Positions 40,385 through 56,255 of a stretch of DNA of 64,000 nt are shown piece after piece. The DNA comes from Octopus vulgaris. Its lineage: Eukaryota. The position numbers and the translations under genes were made by a program. Below the pieces are notes generated by a model. It worked only from the letters and a program-made list of their open reading frames with translations. It was not told the DNA's origin and searched no databases. The stretch covers positions 72,168,001 to 72,232,000 of the forward strand of contig OX597816.1 of assembly GCA_951406725.2 (NCBI GenBank). The letters are read 5' to 3'. Positions within the stretch are counted from its first letter, which is position 1. Every line of letters starts with the position of its first letter.

Positions 40385-40393
<9 letters not shown>

Positions 40394-41440
40394 GCATATT
40401 ATTCCCTCCTTCAGCTTGCTTGGCAGTTTGCCATTTGCTAGAAAGCTCTGGAAAAGAATCTGGAGGGGTTTTGCCAGGGCATGCTTACACGATTTGAGGA
40501 GGATTGCTGAGAAACCATCAGGACCAGCAGTTGAGTTTGTGTCCACTTCATCTATGACTAGTAGTATATCTTCTTCGCTAATTTCAATGTATTCATTTGT
40601 AACTGCCTCGCTGGTTTTTGGTGAGGCGGCAAAGAAGTTCACTTGTCTGTGTTCCAACGGGGTGGTAAAGACACTTTTGAACTGGTCATTCAGTATCTCA
40701 CTAATCTTAGTTGAACTGTCTGTGAGGGAGCCATCCTTTTGGAGGAGGGGTCCTATCTTGCAGTGTACTGAGGCTGTTTCTTTCGTGTAATGAAAGAAGG
40801 CCTTTGGGTTTGACTTAATGTGTTTTATAACCCAGGCTTCTTTGTCTGCTTTCTCTCTCACAGGGTTGTTGCAGCCTTTTTTCGATCTCAATCAGTGTTG
40901 TTTCTAGGCGGGACGTTTCGCTACTTTTGGGATGTTGGTTGAGTCGATTTCAACCTTCGTCCGTCGTCTCATGAGGATCTTCCTGTCTCTTCGAATCTTG
41001 CTCCTATTTGTTTTGGCCTTGTGCTCTGGGACATATTTCTGGCATACGGCTTGCACAGAAGACATGAAACATTCTAGTTTCATGTCAATGTCTGGTGTGG
41101 AGAGACATTCCGGCCAGTCCTCTCTAAGGATCTCTTTTCGGATCGATTTCCAGTCTGCTTTGTGGAGGTTCAGATTGGAGAGATTTCGGGTGCTTCCTTT
41201 AGGCTGTATGTCACTGGTTACTTTCGGCCCAAACATAGACAGCTCTATAATGTTGTGATCCGAGACTAATGTCAGCGTCAGTTTCACATCATGAATGATG
41301 TCCATATTGTTCGTGAAGCAGAGATCCAGAATGTTATTCGCCCTAGTTAGTTTGAGTACAGCTTGTTCCATGAAGAGGGCATTGGTGAGGTTGAGCAGGG
41401 ACTCCACCTGTGATTGCTTGCAATGAATCATTCTTGACAG
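40385..41440 (-). mobile_element. CR1/L2-group LINE internal fragment (end of APE endonuclease to start of RT)
   Basis: TRANNILDLCFTNN..SDHNIIE..HKADW, then frameshift, IKSNPKAFF..EILNDQFKSVFT..AGPDGFSAILLKSCKHALAKPL..IICPI. Both ends stop in (TA)n. Confidence 0.9.
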
Positions 41441-41460
41441 TATGTATATATATGTTTGTG

Positions 41461-41537
<77 letters not shown>

Positions 41538-41610
41538 CTATGTGTTTATATATATATATATAAATATATATATGTGTGTGTGTGTATAACTATATATATA
41601 TATATGTATG

Positions 41611-41703
<93 letters not shown>

Positions 41704-41884
41704 ATATATGTATATATATATATATGTATGTATATATATATATGTATATATATATATGTATGTATATATACATATGTATGTATATATATATATATATGTA
41801 TGTATATATATATATATGTATATATATATATGTATGTATATATACATATGTATGTATATATATATATATGTATATATACATATG

Positions 41885-41935
<51 letters not shown>

Positions 41936-42022
41936 ATAACTATATATATATATGTATGTATGTATATATATATATATGTGTGTGTATAACTATATATATA
42001 TATATATATGTGTGTGTATGTG

Positions 42023-42069
<47 letters not shown>

Positions 42070-42106
42070 GTGTATATATGTATATGTGTGTGTGTATGTA
42101 TATATA

Positions 42107-42161
<55 letters not shown>

Positions 42162-42197
42162 ATATATATATGTGTATATATGTATATGTATATATAT
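41441..42197. repeat. Compound (TA/TG)n microsatellite
   Basis: About 750 bp of dinucleotide repeats. Confidence 0.95.
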
Positions 42198-42896
42198 ATT
42201 TATCTCGAGAAACACTGACCGTCTTTCCTTGTAGTATGTGAAGTTTCAAGACACACGCACGCACAAAAATGTTCAGATGTGGACACAATTTAAAACGATT
42301 CCAAACAACAATAATAACAACCAGTCACACAAAAGAATACACCAAACTCTAGAAAAAAGCAAATTTAACAAATGATAATAATAATAATACGCCCCCCCCT
42401 CCTCCAAAAAAAACCCCAACAACACACACATACGGCGCAGTCATTTTCAGAGAATAGTCTGATTTTTGATGTCGAATTCTTTTGTTCAGTGTCGTTGCTT
42501 CAGAATATAATAATAGTAAAACAGAATAGTACTTTTCTTCAAAACAGCTGAATAAATTAACGTCTGCTTTCACTGAATAGAGAATGGCTTTGTAAAAGTT
42601 GTTTTTTTTTTTTTTTTTTTTAATGAGCTTTGTGTAAATGCGAATGTATAAGTATTTCTGAGTATATATTGAAATACATGTGTTTCTATTATCTACAAAT
42701 ATCGCTTCAGGGTTTGTTTGAATTCTCAGAAATATTATCTTACCCAGTCGAGCAAATTAGAGGTTTTTACATAGTCTCAGTAAGACAAAATCTGGGGGCC
42801 TGCATATATAATGCATTCGTTCCGTCTACGTCGTTCCATTCACTTTATATAAACCCATGGCGATTCTAAAATATTGCTTGCGCGTATACACACACA

Positions 42897-42947
<51 letters not shown>

Positions 42948-43774
42948 TTTGACTGCGGTCATCCTGGAGCATCACATTTAGTCGAACAAATCGACCCCAG
43001 GATTTATTCTTTGTAAGCCTAGTACTTATTCTGTCGGTGTCTTTTGCCGAACCGCTGACGGGGACCAACATCGGTTGTCAAGCGATGGTGGAGGGACAAA
43101 CACAGACCCTATTAACAAATGCACACATATATACATATTATATACGACGGGCTTCTTTCAATTTCCGTCTATCAAATCCACTCACAGCACTTTGGTCAGC
43201 CCCAGGCTTCTTCAGTGTCTGATAGTGCATGGGTCATTCATAGCTTAGCTGGAACTTCTGTTCTTACATAAACGAATAAACAAACAATAAATTTGCTGGT
43301 GTGTGTTGAGACTTACCAAACTAAAATTAATTTTTTACAAGCAAAGAATGCAGCATGGGTCGACAATGTACAGGAATCTATAAAAAAAATAAATGTACGC
43401 ATATGTATATTGCCTTTCACTGCTCCGTGCGCTTATACAAAATGAATTCTAACCTGGCTAACCTCAGAACATACCGTTAAATACTTGTAAATACAGGAAA
43501 TACAACTCATACCAGTAAATACAAGTGGGAAACAGTTCAATGTTTCCTGTATGTAGGAATAAAAATTTCAAATGACCGGGGCAGTATTTGCAACTGAAAA
43601 GGCAAAATCACACCGAAACAACGTGTCTACTGATGTCGCTTGAAACTTTAAAGAGAAATTTTCTCCGAGACAAAACCCTGAAACAAATGCCTTTCATGTA
43701 TTTCACGTTCCAGTGTATAGAAGCGTGTTAAGAACACACACACGCACGCACACAAATGTGTTTTGTGTTTTGCT

Positions 43775-44172
43775 TGCTTCGGTCATTTGACTGCGGCCAT
43801 GCTGGGGCACCTCCTTGAAGTGTTTTAGTCGAACAAATCGATCCAAGGACTTAATTTTCGAAGCCTAGTACTTATTCTATTGGTCACTTTTGCCGAACTG
43901 CTAAATTACGGGAACGTAAACACACCACTACCGGGTCAAGCAGTAGACAAGCGGGAGACAAACAGACACAGAGACACGCACACACATATATATTCACACA
44001 AGCACACACATATACACAACGGGGTTCTTTCAGTTTCCGTCAACAAAATCCACTCACAAGGCTTTGATCGGCCCGAGGTTATAGTAGAAGACACTTACTC
44101 AAGGTACCTCGCAGTGGAACTGAACCCTGTACCATGTAACTGAGAAGCAAACTTCTTACCACACAACCGCGC
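43775..44172 (-). mobile_element. SINE family B (diverged)
   Basis: Colinear with the family B reference copy. Confidence 0.8.
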
Positions 44173-45044
44173 CTGTTTTCCTTTTCGATTGAAGTGAGAT
44201 GTAAAGAAATTAAAACCTTAAAGTCAAAAGAAGAATGTTAAAGAAACAGGTGAGGCTATGGGTATATGAAAACCGGAGAAAATCTAGTTATTGTCTACGA
44301 GTTTAAATGAAGAGAAGAGACATCAAAGGAGTCGGCTCGTACGTGTTTTTAATTAACTTGCCTTTTGATGAAATTTAGGATTTTGTCAATTGCTGAGGAT
44401 TTGAAGAGATTAAGAAGTGTTTTAATTTCAAACTTGATATAAATTCATTTAATTTCGTTCTCTTCTCTGATAGCGTTCAGACAACAATTCCGTCCATACA
44501 CCTGTACAAACATCAAGGTAGGGGTAGCGGCTTCGTGTTAATTTACAATTTATTTTAACAGCAAATCGCTTCTTTGTATTATATTGCAAAACGTCAAAGT
44601 AAAAACAAAATAAAAAAAAATAAAAAAAATAACTTCCAATCAGACACAAATTAAAATTCAGAGATATTTAATGTCCTGAATGTACAAATAGTCTTCACTG
44701 TTTACAAGACAACACAACTAGATGAAGCTAACAACAAACCGACAAAAGATAAAGCCTCTAACGCATTTGCTTGTCTGGCTAGAAATAACTATATAGCCTT
44801 CAAATCCCATTGTACTATTTTGAAAATGATAAGGAAAAAAAGGAAAGTACGAAAATTAGACTGGATAGTCACAACCGAAACGCCTCCAGTCGTAGATGTT
44901 TGTCTGTCAGGGAGAACCTGGGCTTAGACATCGACAACAAACAGAGGCATAAGTACCTTAACTAAGTCAACTTAAAACGACATTTGAGAGAAAATTTCTT
45001 ATATAAAAAGTCGGATGGTAATACTACAAACCTCATAATGTAGA

Positions 45045-45620
45045 AAGCTGGCAGAAACGTTAGCACGCCGGGCGAAATGCCTAGCGGTATTTCGTCTGCC
45101 GTTACGTTCTGAGTTCAAATTCCGCCGAGGTCCATTTTGCCTTTCATCCTTTCGGTGTCGATTAAATAAGTACCAGTTACGCACTGGGGTCGATATAATC
45201 GACTTAATCCGTTTGTCTGTCCTTGTTTATCCCTTCTGTGTTTAGCCCCTTGTGGGTAGTAAAGAAATAGGTATTTCGTCTGCCGTTACGTTCCGAGTTC
45301 AAATTCCGCCGAGGTCCATTTTGCCTTTCATCCTTTCGGTGTCGATTAAATAAGTACCAGTTACACACTGGGGTCGATATAATCGACTTAATCCGTTTGT
45401 CTGTCCTTGTTTATCCCTTCTGTGTTTAGCCCCTTGTGGGTAGTAAAGAAATAGGTATTTCGTCCGTCTTTACGTTCCGAGTTCAAATTCCGCCGTGGTC
45501 GACTTTGCCTTTCATCCCTTCGGTGTCGATAAAATAAACACCAATCGAACACTGGGACCGATGTGATCGGTTAGCCCCTTAACCTAAAATTTCAGGCCTT
45601 GTGTCTATAGCAGAAAGAAA
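45045..45620 (+). mobile_element. SINE family A concatemer
   Basis: One head, then a 184-bp unit starting GGTATTTCGTC at 45086, 45270 and 45454. Confidence 0.9.
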
Positions 45621-45974
45621 TATTACGAGCTTCATTGTTTTTTTAGTGTCACATGTTGATTGGATAATGTTCTTCTACTTTTCGAGTAAGGAAGCGAAGC
45701 AAATAAAAATGTGAAAGGAACGAAATGCTTCTCAAAGCGTAATGTTCAAACAATTAAATCTAAATATATTCATTATTTCATGTATTTTCTTCTGTATCTA
45801 TATTTATAAGCATGTTTCTGTGTCTTTGTAGTTTATCAATGTAGACTAACAAATAGACTCCAATACATTATTTATAAGTTGTATATTCACAATACTGTCT
45901 TCTTTTTATAAGAGTAGAAAACAAAGGGCGATGACTTAAATACACAGAAATAATGTGGGATTTACTTGCCCTCT

Positions 45975-46630
45975 CTCTTTTAACTTCTGTTTGTTTCAAC
46001 CATTGGAGTGCGTCATAATGGGGCACCGTCTTTAAGGGCTCAATTGGATAAATCGCCCCCAGTACCAGTACAAATCTGGCACTTATTTTATCAGTCACTA
46101 TTTTCCGAACCGCAACATTTCGGAGTCGCAAACACCAGTTGTCGAGCGGTGGGGCGGAGAGTCAAGTACACACACATCTATCTATCTATCTATCTATCTG
46201 CACACACACACACACACACCACGTATATATATATATACTCTTTTACTTGTTTCAGTCATTTGACTGTGGCCATGCTGGAGCACCGCCTTCAGTCGAGCAA
46301 ATCGACCCCAGGACTTATTCTTTGTAAGCCTAGTACTTATTCTATCGATCTCTTTTGCCGAACCGCCAAGTTACGGGGACGTAAACACATCAGCATCGGT
46401 TGTCAAGCGATGTTGGGGGACATTCAGACACACAAACACACACACACACACATCTATATATATACGTACATACATATACACAAGGGGCTTCTTTCAGGTT
46501 CCGTCTACCAAATCCACTCACAAGGCTTTGGTCGGCCTGAGGCTATAGTAGAAGACACTTGCCCAAGGTGCCACACAGTGGGACTGAACTCGAAACCAGC
46601 AAGCTACTTACCACACAGCCACTCCTACGC

Positions 46631-46669
<39 letters not shown>

Positions 46670-46835
46670 AAAGGACATGCTGCCACACAGTTCTTGTCTA
46701 CCAAATTCACTCACAAGGTATTGCTCAACCTAGGGTTACGGCAGAAGACACTTGTCTTTGGTGCGACGCTGTGGAACTGAACCCAAAACTACGTGGTTGC
46801 AAAGCGAGCCTCTTAACCACACAGCCAGGTCTGCA
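45975..46835 (-). mobile_element. SINE family B cluster (full copy 46236-46625 plus fragments)
   Basis: Matches the family B reference copy. Confidence 0.85.
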
Positions 46836-46853
46836 CCTAAAAACTCGACCGAC

Positions 46854-46927
46854 CGTCCTTGGGTGGGCTTCAACCATCAACATTTTCGTTAACAGCCGAA
46901 CGCGTTAACCGATTGCGCCACAGAGAC
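46854..46927 (-). tRNA. tRNA-Asn(GTT), degenerate and likely a pseudogene
   Basis: GTCTCTGTGGCGCAATCGGTTAACGCGTTCGGCTGTTAACGAAAATGTTGATGGTTGAAGCCCACCCAAGGACG closely follows the metazoan tRNA-Asn sequence. T-loop GTTCGA is changed to GTTGAA and stems have mismatches. T5 lies 10 nt downstream. Confidence 0.85.
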
Positions 46928-47659
46928 ACTTAAGAAAAAGAAAAGGAAACCACACAGAGCGTCACGTCTGGAGTGCCTTTATTCATGGGTCTATCATCAA
47001 TAACAACACAACAATAATCACTATCAAATACCTCAGCAGCACCATCACCACGGTTATCAACCAAACCGCAACTATCTCTGCCACCTACGCCGTCACAACG
47101 TCGATGTACCACGGCGACCACCAGAAGCGCGTTTCTATTACGATACCACCGAGTAATGGTGCAAAACAGAAGTACATCACACACACGCCGCGGTCTGCCT
47201 TTTCAGTTTGGCCAAGGCTGGTTGTTGGTCAGTCACAGGACAATTGATGTGTGCTCAAGCTAAAACTGATAAATGCAAGGGGCGTTCGTAATTTGCTCGC
47301 AACGACGATCACAATGGCCACCCACACAGGTCGTCTCCTAAAATAAGATATAAAAAAAAGATGGGTGGATATGTTACAGGACTGACTGTTCATATGGTTC
47401 AGGATTTAAGATGTTAAGAAAAGCTGGTGAGGCGAGCTTAAGTATCTATGTACACACACACACGCACATTGATGTGTGTGTGAATGATTATATATAGTTA
47501 TAAATAGACACGTGTGTATAAGGTATACATGCAGACAGACATCCATACACAAATATATATGTAAATGTATATATATTTTTTACTTTTCACACACACACAC
47601 ATTCAGGTGTGTATGTACATATATATGCATATGCCCGCATGTTTTATATACATACACCT

Positions 47660-48980
<1,321 letters not shown>

Positions 48981-49419
48981 CATTCAGGTGCATATATACA
49001 AAACACTCAGGTATATACATATACACACATTCAGGTGTTTGTAAACAAAACATTCGAATACATACACACACACACACGCATGTGTGCTAGCCTGTGTGTG
49101 TATATCAGTGTATATCAGTGCATCAATAGGTAGGAGGTGTGTGACTAATTTCTCCATTGATGTGGCGTCTAGAAGTGCTGTTTAAACAATTAAGCTGTGA
49201 ACTTTCATACATTTGTCGTTGCTGTCGTCGTCGTCGTGATCTTTGTCGTTGTTCGCCGTCATCGTCGTCGTCGCAGTATTTATTATATATACTTGTTCTT
49301 GCTGCAGTTGCTTTTGTACTATCATTCTATTTCTTTACTTTTCTGGGGTTTTTTTTTCTATGTTGTTCTCGTTGTTCGAGAATTCTATTGCCGTTTGCTT
49401 TTGATGCTTTGTATGTTTG

Positions 49420-49813
49420 TTTGTTTGTTGAGCGAAGCGGTCTTCGTCCCAGAGCTCGCAAGATCGCGAGTGAGTGGGAGAAGTCCGAAACGTGGTCCTT
49501 TTGCTATTCGTAAGACCCGCAGAAGAGAAAGCAGGTCAACCCCCCGAAACCGAGAGCATCGACGGATGGATGAATGAATGCGCATCCAGGCTCAGCGGTT
49601 GCGTAGGAAGTCGGGGACAAGAAACAGGAAGAAAGAGTGAGAGAAAGTCGGAGCAAAAGAGTACAACAGGGGTCGTCACCACCCCCTGCCGGAGCCTCGT
49701 GGAGCTTTAGGTGTTTTCGCTCAATAAACACACACAACGCCCGGTCTGGGAATCGAAACCGCGATCCTTCGACCGCGAGTCCGCTGCCCTAACCATGGGC
49801 CATTGCGCATCCA
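49420..49813 (-). mobile_element. SINE family D (full length)
   Basis: tRNA-like head at 49740-49813, (CAAA)n tail. Close to 57505-57840. Confidence 0.88.
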
Positions 49814-50004
49814 CTGCTGTTGATGCTCTCTCCCTGCTAATGCCAGTGATGTAGTTGTCTTACTTCGTTATTGTTGTCGGTCTTTTACTTGACGACGATG
49901 ATGATGATGATGCTGTTGAAGGCGACGATGATAAGAGTTACGATGGCTCTGGGGATGACACCCTAATATGGGAGGGATTCCTCTCAACGATAAATGTGAT
50001 ATTA

Positions 50005-50435
50005 GTTTCAAATTTTGGCACAAGGACAAGAATTTTGCGGGGGAGGAGGGATAAGTCGATTACATCGACCTCAGTGTTTAACTGGTACTTAACTTATCGA
50101 CCCCCGAAAGGATAAAGGGCAAAGTTAACCTCGACGGAATTTGAACTCAAAATGTAAAGACAGACGAAATACTGCTAAGCGTTTTACCCAGCATGCTAAC
50201 GATTCTACCATCTCACTGCCATAATGGTTTTGAATTTTACACAACAATTTTTGGGGAAGGAATGAGTCGATTACATCGACCCCAGTGTTTAATTGGTACT
50301 TATTTTATCGACTTCCGAAAGGATGAAAGGTGAAGCCCACCTCGGCGGAATTTGAACTCAGAACCTAAAGACGGACAAAATACCGCTAAGCATTTCGTCC
50401 AGCGTGCTTAACGATTCTGCCAACTCGCCGCCTTA
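50005..50435 (-). mobile_element. Two SINE family A copies
   Basis: GGAATTTGAACTCA and GAAAGGAT..GG motifs occur twice. Confidence 0.82.
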
Positions 50436-50455
50436 AATAAGCAATAATGATAAAC

Positions 50456-51012
50456 AAATTTCGGAAAGACTTTCGCCCGTCCTCATCCCATTTTCTCCCA
50501 AATTTGTTTATTTTTGTAATTTTTCTTTCCAAAAATCCCCGTTTTCGGATACAGAGGTTCCGGAAAATTGCCAAAAATCGGCATTGTGAAAATTTTCCCC
50601 ACCTTTCCCCCACAATTTCTTCAATTTTGACTTTTTTTCCCCAACACTAACCCTAAAACTGTAACCGTGAGTACAGAAATGTTTTGAAATTTTTGCCCGA
50701 ATCCTGATGTCCGTATTTTTCCGTATATTCATAAAAAAAATAATTTTACAAAGATTTTTGGAATTTTTTTCAGAATCATAATCTCCGTATTTTTCCACAT
50801 ATTTTGAAAAAAAAAATTGTGAAAAAAGTTAAAAATGAAGGAAATGGGGGTGGGGGTGGTAATTTAGAAAGGTCAATTTTTGCCAAATTTTTTTGCAGAT
50901 TCGTATTCCCCGTAGCCAAAAATGGGGGTATGTATCCCCCCAAAATTTTTTTTAGAAAGGGTTGTTTTTTGGGGGGAGGGGGGGGTAACGGGCGGAAGTC
51001 TTGCCCAAATTT
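50456..51012. mobile_element. MITE-like element with ~25-bp imperfect TIRs
   Basis: AAATTTCGGAAAGACTTTCGCCCGT / ACGGGCGGAAGTCTTGCCCAAATTT, internal CTAACCCTAAAAC. Confidence 0.65.
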
Positions 51013-51490
51013 CTACCATTGAACTAACTCTACTTTCTTTGAGACCCCACAGTCGGTCAGGATTTTAACAGCGGGCTATAGTGGCTTATATCGACTCTAG
51101 TCCATGACTGGTACTTCATTTTATCAACAAGAAAAGAAATGAAAGGCAAATTCAACCTTGGCAGGATTTGAACTCAGGACGTAAAGAGCCAGAAAAAGTA
51201 CAGTATTTTGAACGATGCTATAATACCTCTCCGTATCCATTTTAGCCTATAATTTCTTTTGTCAGTATCGATCCCAGTATTTAATTAGTAAATTAAATAG
51301 ATCCCGAAAAGATGAAAAACAAAGTCGAGCTCGGCAGAACTTGAACTTAAAGAGCGCGCGCACATACACACATACATGGAGGCCATAGTAGAACACACTT
51401 TTATTGCAAGTGCTTTGCAATAAAGCTGAACCCGGAACCTTGTGGTTGGGAAGCAAACTTCTTGCCCCACGGTAACGCCTGCGCCTGTAT

Positions 51491-51870
51491 CTCTTTTACT
51501 TGTTTCAGTCATTTGACTGTGGCCATGCTGGAGCAAATCGACCTAGGAATTATTCTTTGTAAGCCTAGTACTTATTCTATCGGTCTCTTTTGCCGAACCG
51601 CTAAGTTACGGGGACGTAAACACACCAGCATCGGTTGTCAAGCGATGTTAGTGGGACAAACAGAGGCACACAAACACATACACCCACATACACGTATATA
51701 TACATATATACGACGGGTTTCTTTCAGTTTCCGTCTACCAACTCCACTCATAAGGCTTTGGTCGGCCTGAGGCTATAATAAAAACACTTGTCCACGGTGT
51801 CACACAGTGGGACTGAAACCGGAACCATGTGGTTGGTAAGCAAGCTACTTACCACACAGCAACTCCTATG
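51491..51870 (-). mobile_element. SINE family B
   Basis: Matches the family B reference copy. Confidence 0.88.
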
Positions 51871-52296
51871 CCTATGTATGGCTAACATTCCTTTCGAACA
51901 ATACAATATTTTTCATCAATAGCTGCAAGAAGAATACAGGGAGAGAATTCCAGAGGAGCAATGATCTGGGTATAAAGCAGCAAGCGAGGTGGTTAACGCG
52001 AAATCTGAGGTGGCTGTGGACAACATATAGATGAGGGAAGGAAAGACCAGTCTGGAGCTCATAGGTGGTGTTCAGCCAAAGAAAAGCTGAAAGAAAAATT
52101 GTTTAGAACCCTATATAAGAATACCTTAATTAAAGCTCAGCAGTCACTCACGAAATACTTTAAATTGGTGACATGTACCTTGCTTTCGCTAATTGCTTTA
52201 GGCATCTATGTAGTTACGAGCAGACATAGGCACCCTCTCAGCCCTCTCACCCATGACTTAGCGGGACAACGAGAGTATGATAGCTGGAGGGAGGGA

Positions 52297-52333
<37 letters not shown>

Positions 52334-53105
52334 TATCGTGCTAGCATTCATTTTTCAGCTGAGTAGACTAGGATAACATGAAATGAAGTGTCTTGCTCAA
52401 TGGCACAATGCGCTGCCCAGTCCAGGAATGGAACTCACGACTATAAGATCGTGAGCCCAATACCTGAGTCAAGCCCAATATCTGAGTCACTAAGCTACGC
52501 GTCTTCTCTAATTCCTTGATAAGCGTAGTGATTGTTTTCGTGAGCTGTTATAGTATACTGAGTTGTCCCAGGAAGCTTTTTGTTTTCACGATATTCTGGA
52601 TTCCGTAAAAAACGAAGAAAACAACTAAATGCGTCTATCTGGATTATATCATTTTCCTTACCGTAGCGTTACATTCAATATAACTTGACTGAGCTCTCAG
52701 ATGCAGTTGTTGTGTTCAGGCCAGGCTTGATTCAACAAGCAAACCTGCAGCCAATAACGTCTCAGCCATGGTCATCTCATCTTTTTGAAGACACAATGCA
52801 CTCAGTACTGCATTATGTATTGTATCCTCCTTTTCTCAGGCGGGTTTATGAGCTTATTTGAGGAAGATTTAACAATTATGTTTTGCACATCGAACAACGA
52901 CCTGGAGGCTATACTTTTGACTCATGGCATCAAGTGTTATTATTACTGGTGGCTTTGTTAGCATTAAAGTAAGCACAAAGTGTGATATTGATTATATACA
53001 TTTGGACATATGTAGACAATAGTTCCTGCTAGAAGCAAGAGGATGTTCTTAAATTAGAGATAAGGGAATATCCAGGATCTAAATAAACGAGACAAAACAA
53101 TATCA

Positions 53106-53523
53106 GGATCTTTTTGGTTTGAACGGCAGTTTTTTAAAATAATTTCCACGTAACTAAACACTTTTAAACTTCGTATACTGGTAGAATGTGTTTATAAAAC
53201 ATCTTTTTCTCTTGGCTTTATTGAGAGAATTCTATAGTTTGTGAGATATTTGTTGTTTTTTTCTTCAATTTCTGCAATTTCAACCAATCAATGACGTCTA
53301 TTGAGGTGAAAACATTTTGTGACGTATGAATATGTCCCTCGTTTAAGAAACAGATTGGGTTTATTTACATTTCTGGAGAAAAAAAGATACCCTCCCCCAC
53401 CCCTAACTTACCCTAACCCTAAAACAGATTGAAATGCAATAGATCGATACTAGGGTCATAATTATGGGTGACAATTTCATATGACACTGCTAGAAAAAAC
53501 TGCCGTTCAGACCGAAAAGATCC
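53106..53523. mobile_element. MITE with 30-bp TIRs
   Basis: GGATCTTTTTGGTTTGAACGGCAGTTTTTT / AAAAAACTGCCGTTCAGACCGAAAAGATCC, internal CCCTAA-like repeats. Confidence 0.82.
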
Positions 53524-55539
53524 CAATCTCGCTTGTATACACTCGTACAGACGGGAAGAATTCACTCATCGTTGTTATCAGAATATCAAGAAAAAAAAAA
53601 TTCATAGAAAGTTTCGAGCCATTTAAATTGTTATAGAATTTGTTTTTGAAAGAAAAAAATATATTGTTTAACAGAGCATTTCCTATCAGTTCGATTTGTC
53701 TTGAAATCGATCTGCTCACAGAGCTTACAGAAAACGCAACCCAAGATGTCAGACGAGTAAAAATCGTATATCGCATTTTAATATCGGTCAGTAGCTTACA
53801 TTAATATATATATATATACACCTAATTTGTTATATAGTTTACCTTCAAACGTGAAAAGAAAACAAGCCAAACCAAAACACAAACACTAGTAGTGCAAATT
53901 AAATACTGAATAGGAATTTTTTCCACTTTACATTTTAATGCTACTTAAAATACTGTTAGCTTAAAGTTTTATTAAACCATAATCTGCACAACAATAAGAT
54001 ACGAAATCTATAGAACCATATAAGCTATAAAATATGCAGAACTACAAAATATACAATCTATACGATGATAAAAACTGCTAAACTATAGATTATAAAATCT
54101 ATTAAACTATAAACTATAAAATCGATAAAGCTATAAATTATACAATGGAATGAAGAACACTTATACACTATAAGCAAAACCTATAAAACTAAGAATGATA
54201 AATATATATGAAGCGATAAACCACGTAATCTGGCGAAATATAATATTGATAAAATGATAAACAATGAAATGTGAAACATGCAAAAAACTATAAAAAATCG
54301 TATAAAAACGATAAAAATACCTTTAAGCAGATCGATTTCTCGCTTTAGATTTACGCCTGAGATTTATATGTAGAGGAGTTACTGGGAGGTGACTCTGCTT
54401 ATATCTTTCTCAAAGGCGTAAATAATAATAATGATTTCTAAATTTGGCACAATGTTTCTACAGATATTTAATGGTGGCGGTGTAGTCGGTCGAGTCGCTT
54501 GCAGTACTTCACAGGTACTTATTTTATCGATTCGGTAAAACTGAAAAGTATAGTCGACTTCGATGACTTACAAATGCATAGACTTACAATAATTTCTTAT
54601 ATAGGCAGAAAGCCAGAAATTTGTGGAGACAGAACAGTCGATTAATTCGACACCAGTTCATAATAAATATTTTATTTCACCGAACACGGAAGAATAAAAC
54701 GAATAGTTGACATCGTTGGGATTTGAACTCAGAACGTTCAAAAGAGAAAATAATCACTTTCATTTACCTGCCTCTGTAAAAATTCTGCCACTGCACCAAC
54801 TTAGGCCAGAACACAATAACAGCGACGTAAATGAAAGGAAATTGCAACAGACGTAAAATGGAAACGTGATAGTAATGTACAACATTATTATTACCCGGCA
54901 GCGAGACACAAATGATGTTCGGATAACCATTCCGTGGAGATATTGACCTAATTCAAGAAATTAGCTTTCAACAGCCATATTTTTGTGTAATAAAAAATGT
55001 ACTCGACATGACGTGTGTAACAATTTGATGGGCAATAACATCTTCTCACTCTTCTATGTAAACTAAATCTGCGTGTTCCATGCACCATGTAGCTTCCTTC
55101 TGTAAATTCACCCACCAATCTCTTTCGTACGCTTCTATAACTCCATGCATTTCTTATTCTACTTCTTCTTTTTCTTGTCATAGGCAAAAGAAAACGACCA
55201 TGCTGACAACATTATCGTTCTGGTTATAATTTTATTCTCTTTTAGAATTGCTGTGAGACTGCATATAATGTTCCTTCGCAGTTAGAGTATGCCATTCCAA
55301 AATACGCACACATACATAGACATTTACATGAATACCCACACAGACAAACTCATATCCATATATACACTAACATATACACACATCCATATATATATATATA
55401 CATTCATATATATGCATGCTCATACATATGGACATATACGCAATCATATATACGCATTAACACATGCGACCAATATATGTATGTGTGCATATATATACAT
55501 ATATGTGTATATATATATATGCAATACATATATACACAG

Positions 55540-56025
55540 AGTATATATATAGACTATATATATACATACATATGTATATAGACTATATATATACATACAT
55601 ATGTATATATATATATATATATAGACTATATATATATACGTACATATGTATATATATATATATATATAGACTATATATATACGTACATATGTACGTATAT
55701 ATATATAGTCTATATATATATACGTACATATGTATATATATATTTAGACTATATATATACGTACATATGTATATATATATATATATATATAGACTATATA
55801 TATACGTACCTATGTATATATATATATATAGACTATATATATATACGTACATATGTATATATATATATACGTACATATGTATATATATATATATATATAT
55901 AGACTATATATATATACGTACATGTGTATATATATATATATAGACTATATATATATACGTACATATGTGTATATATATATATAGACTATATATATATATA
56001 CGTACATATATATATATATATACGT

Positions 56026-56086
<61 letters not shown>

Positions 56087-56110
56087 ATATACATACACAC
56101 ACATATATAT
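55540..56110. repeat. TA-based minisatellite (AGAC-(TA)n-CGTACATATG-(TA)n)
   Basis: About 12 variable-length units. Confidence 0.9.
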
Positions 56111-56215
56111 ATACAATATATTTATAGAGAAATAGATATGCTATATACACGTTCATACATACATATACACACGTACATCCATATATATCTGTCTATACAT
56201 ACATTACATTCAAAT

Positions 56216-56255
<40 letters not shown>

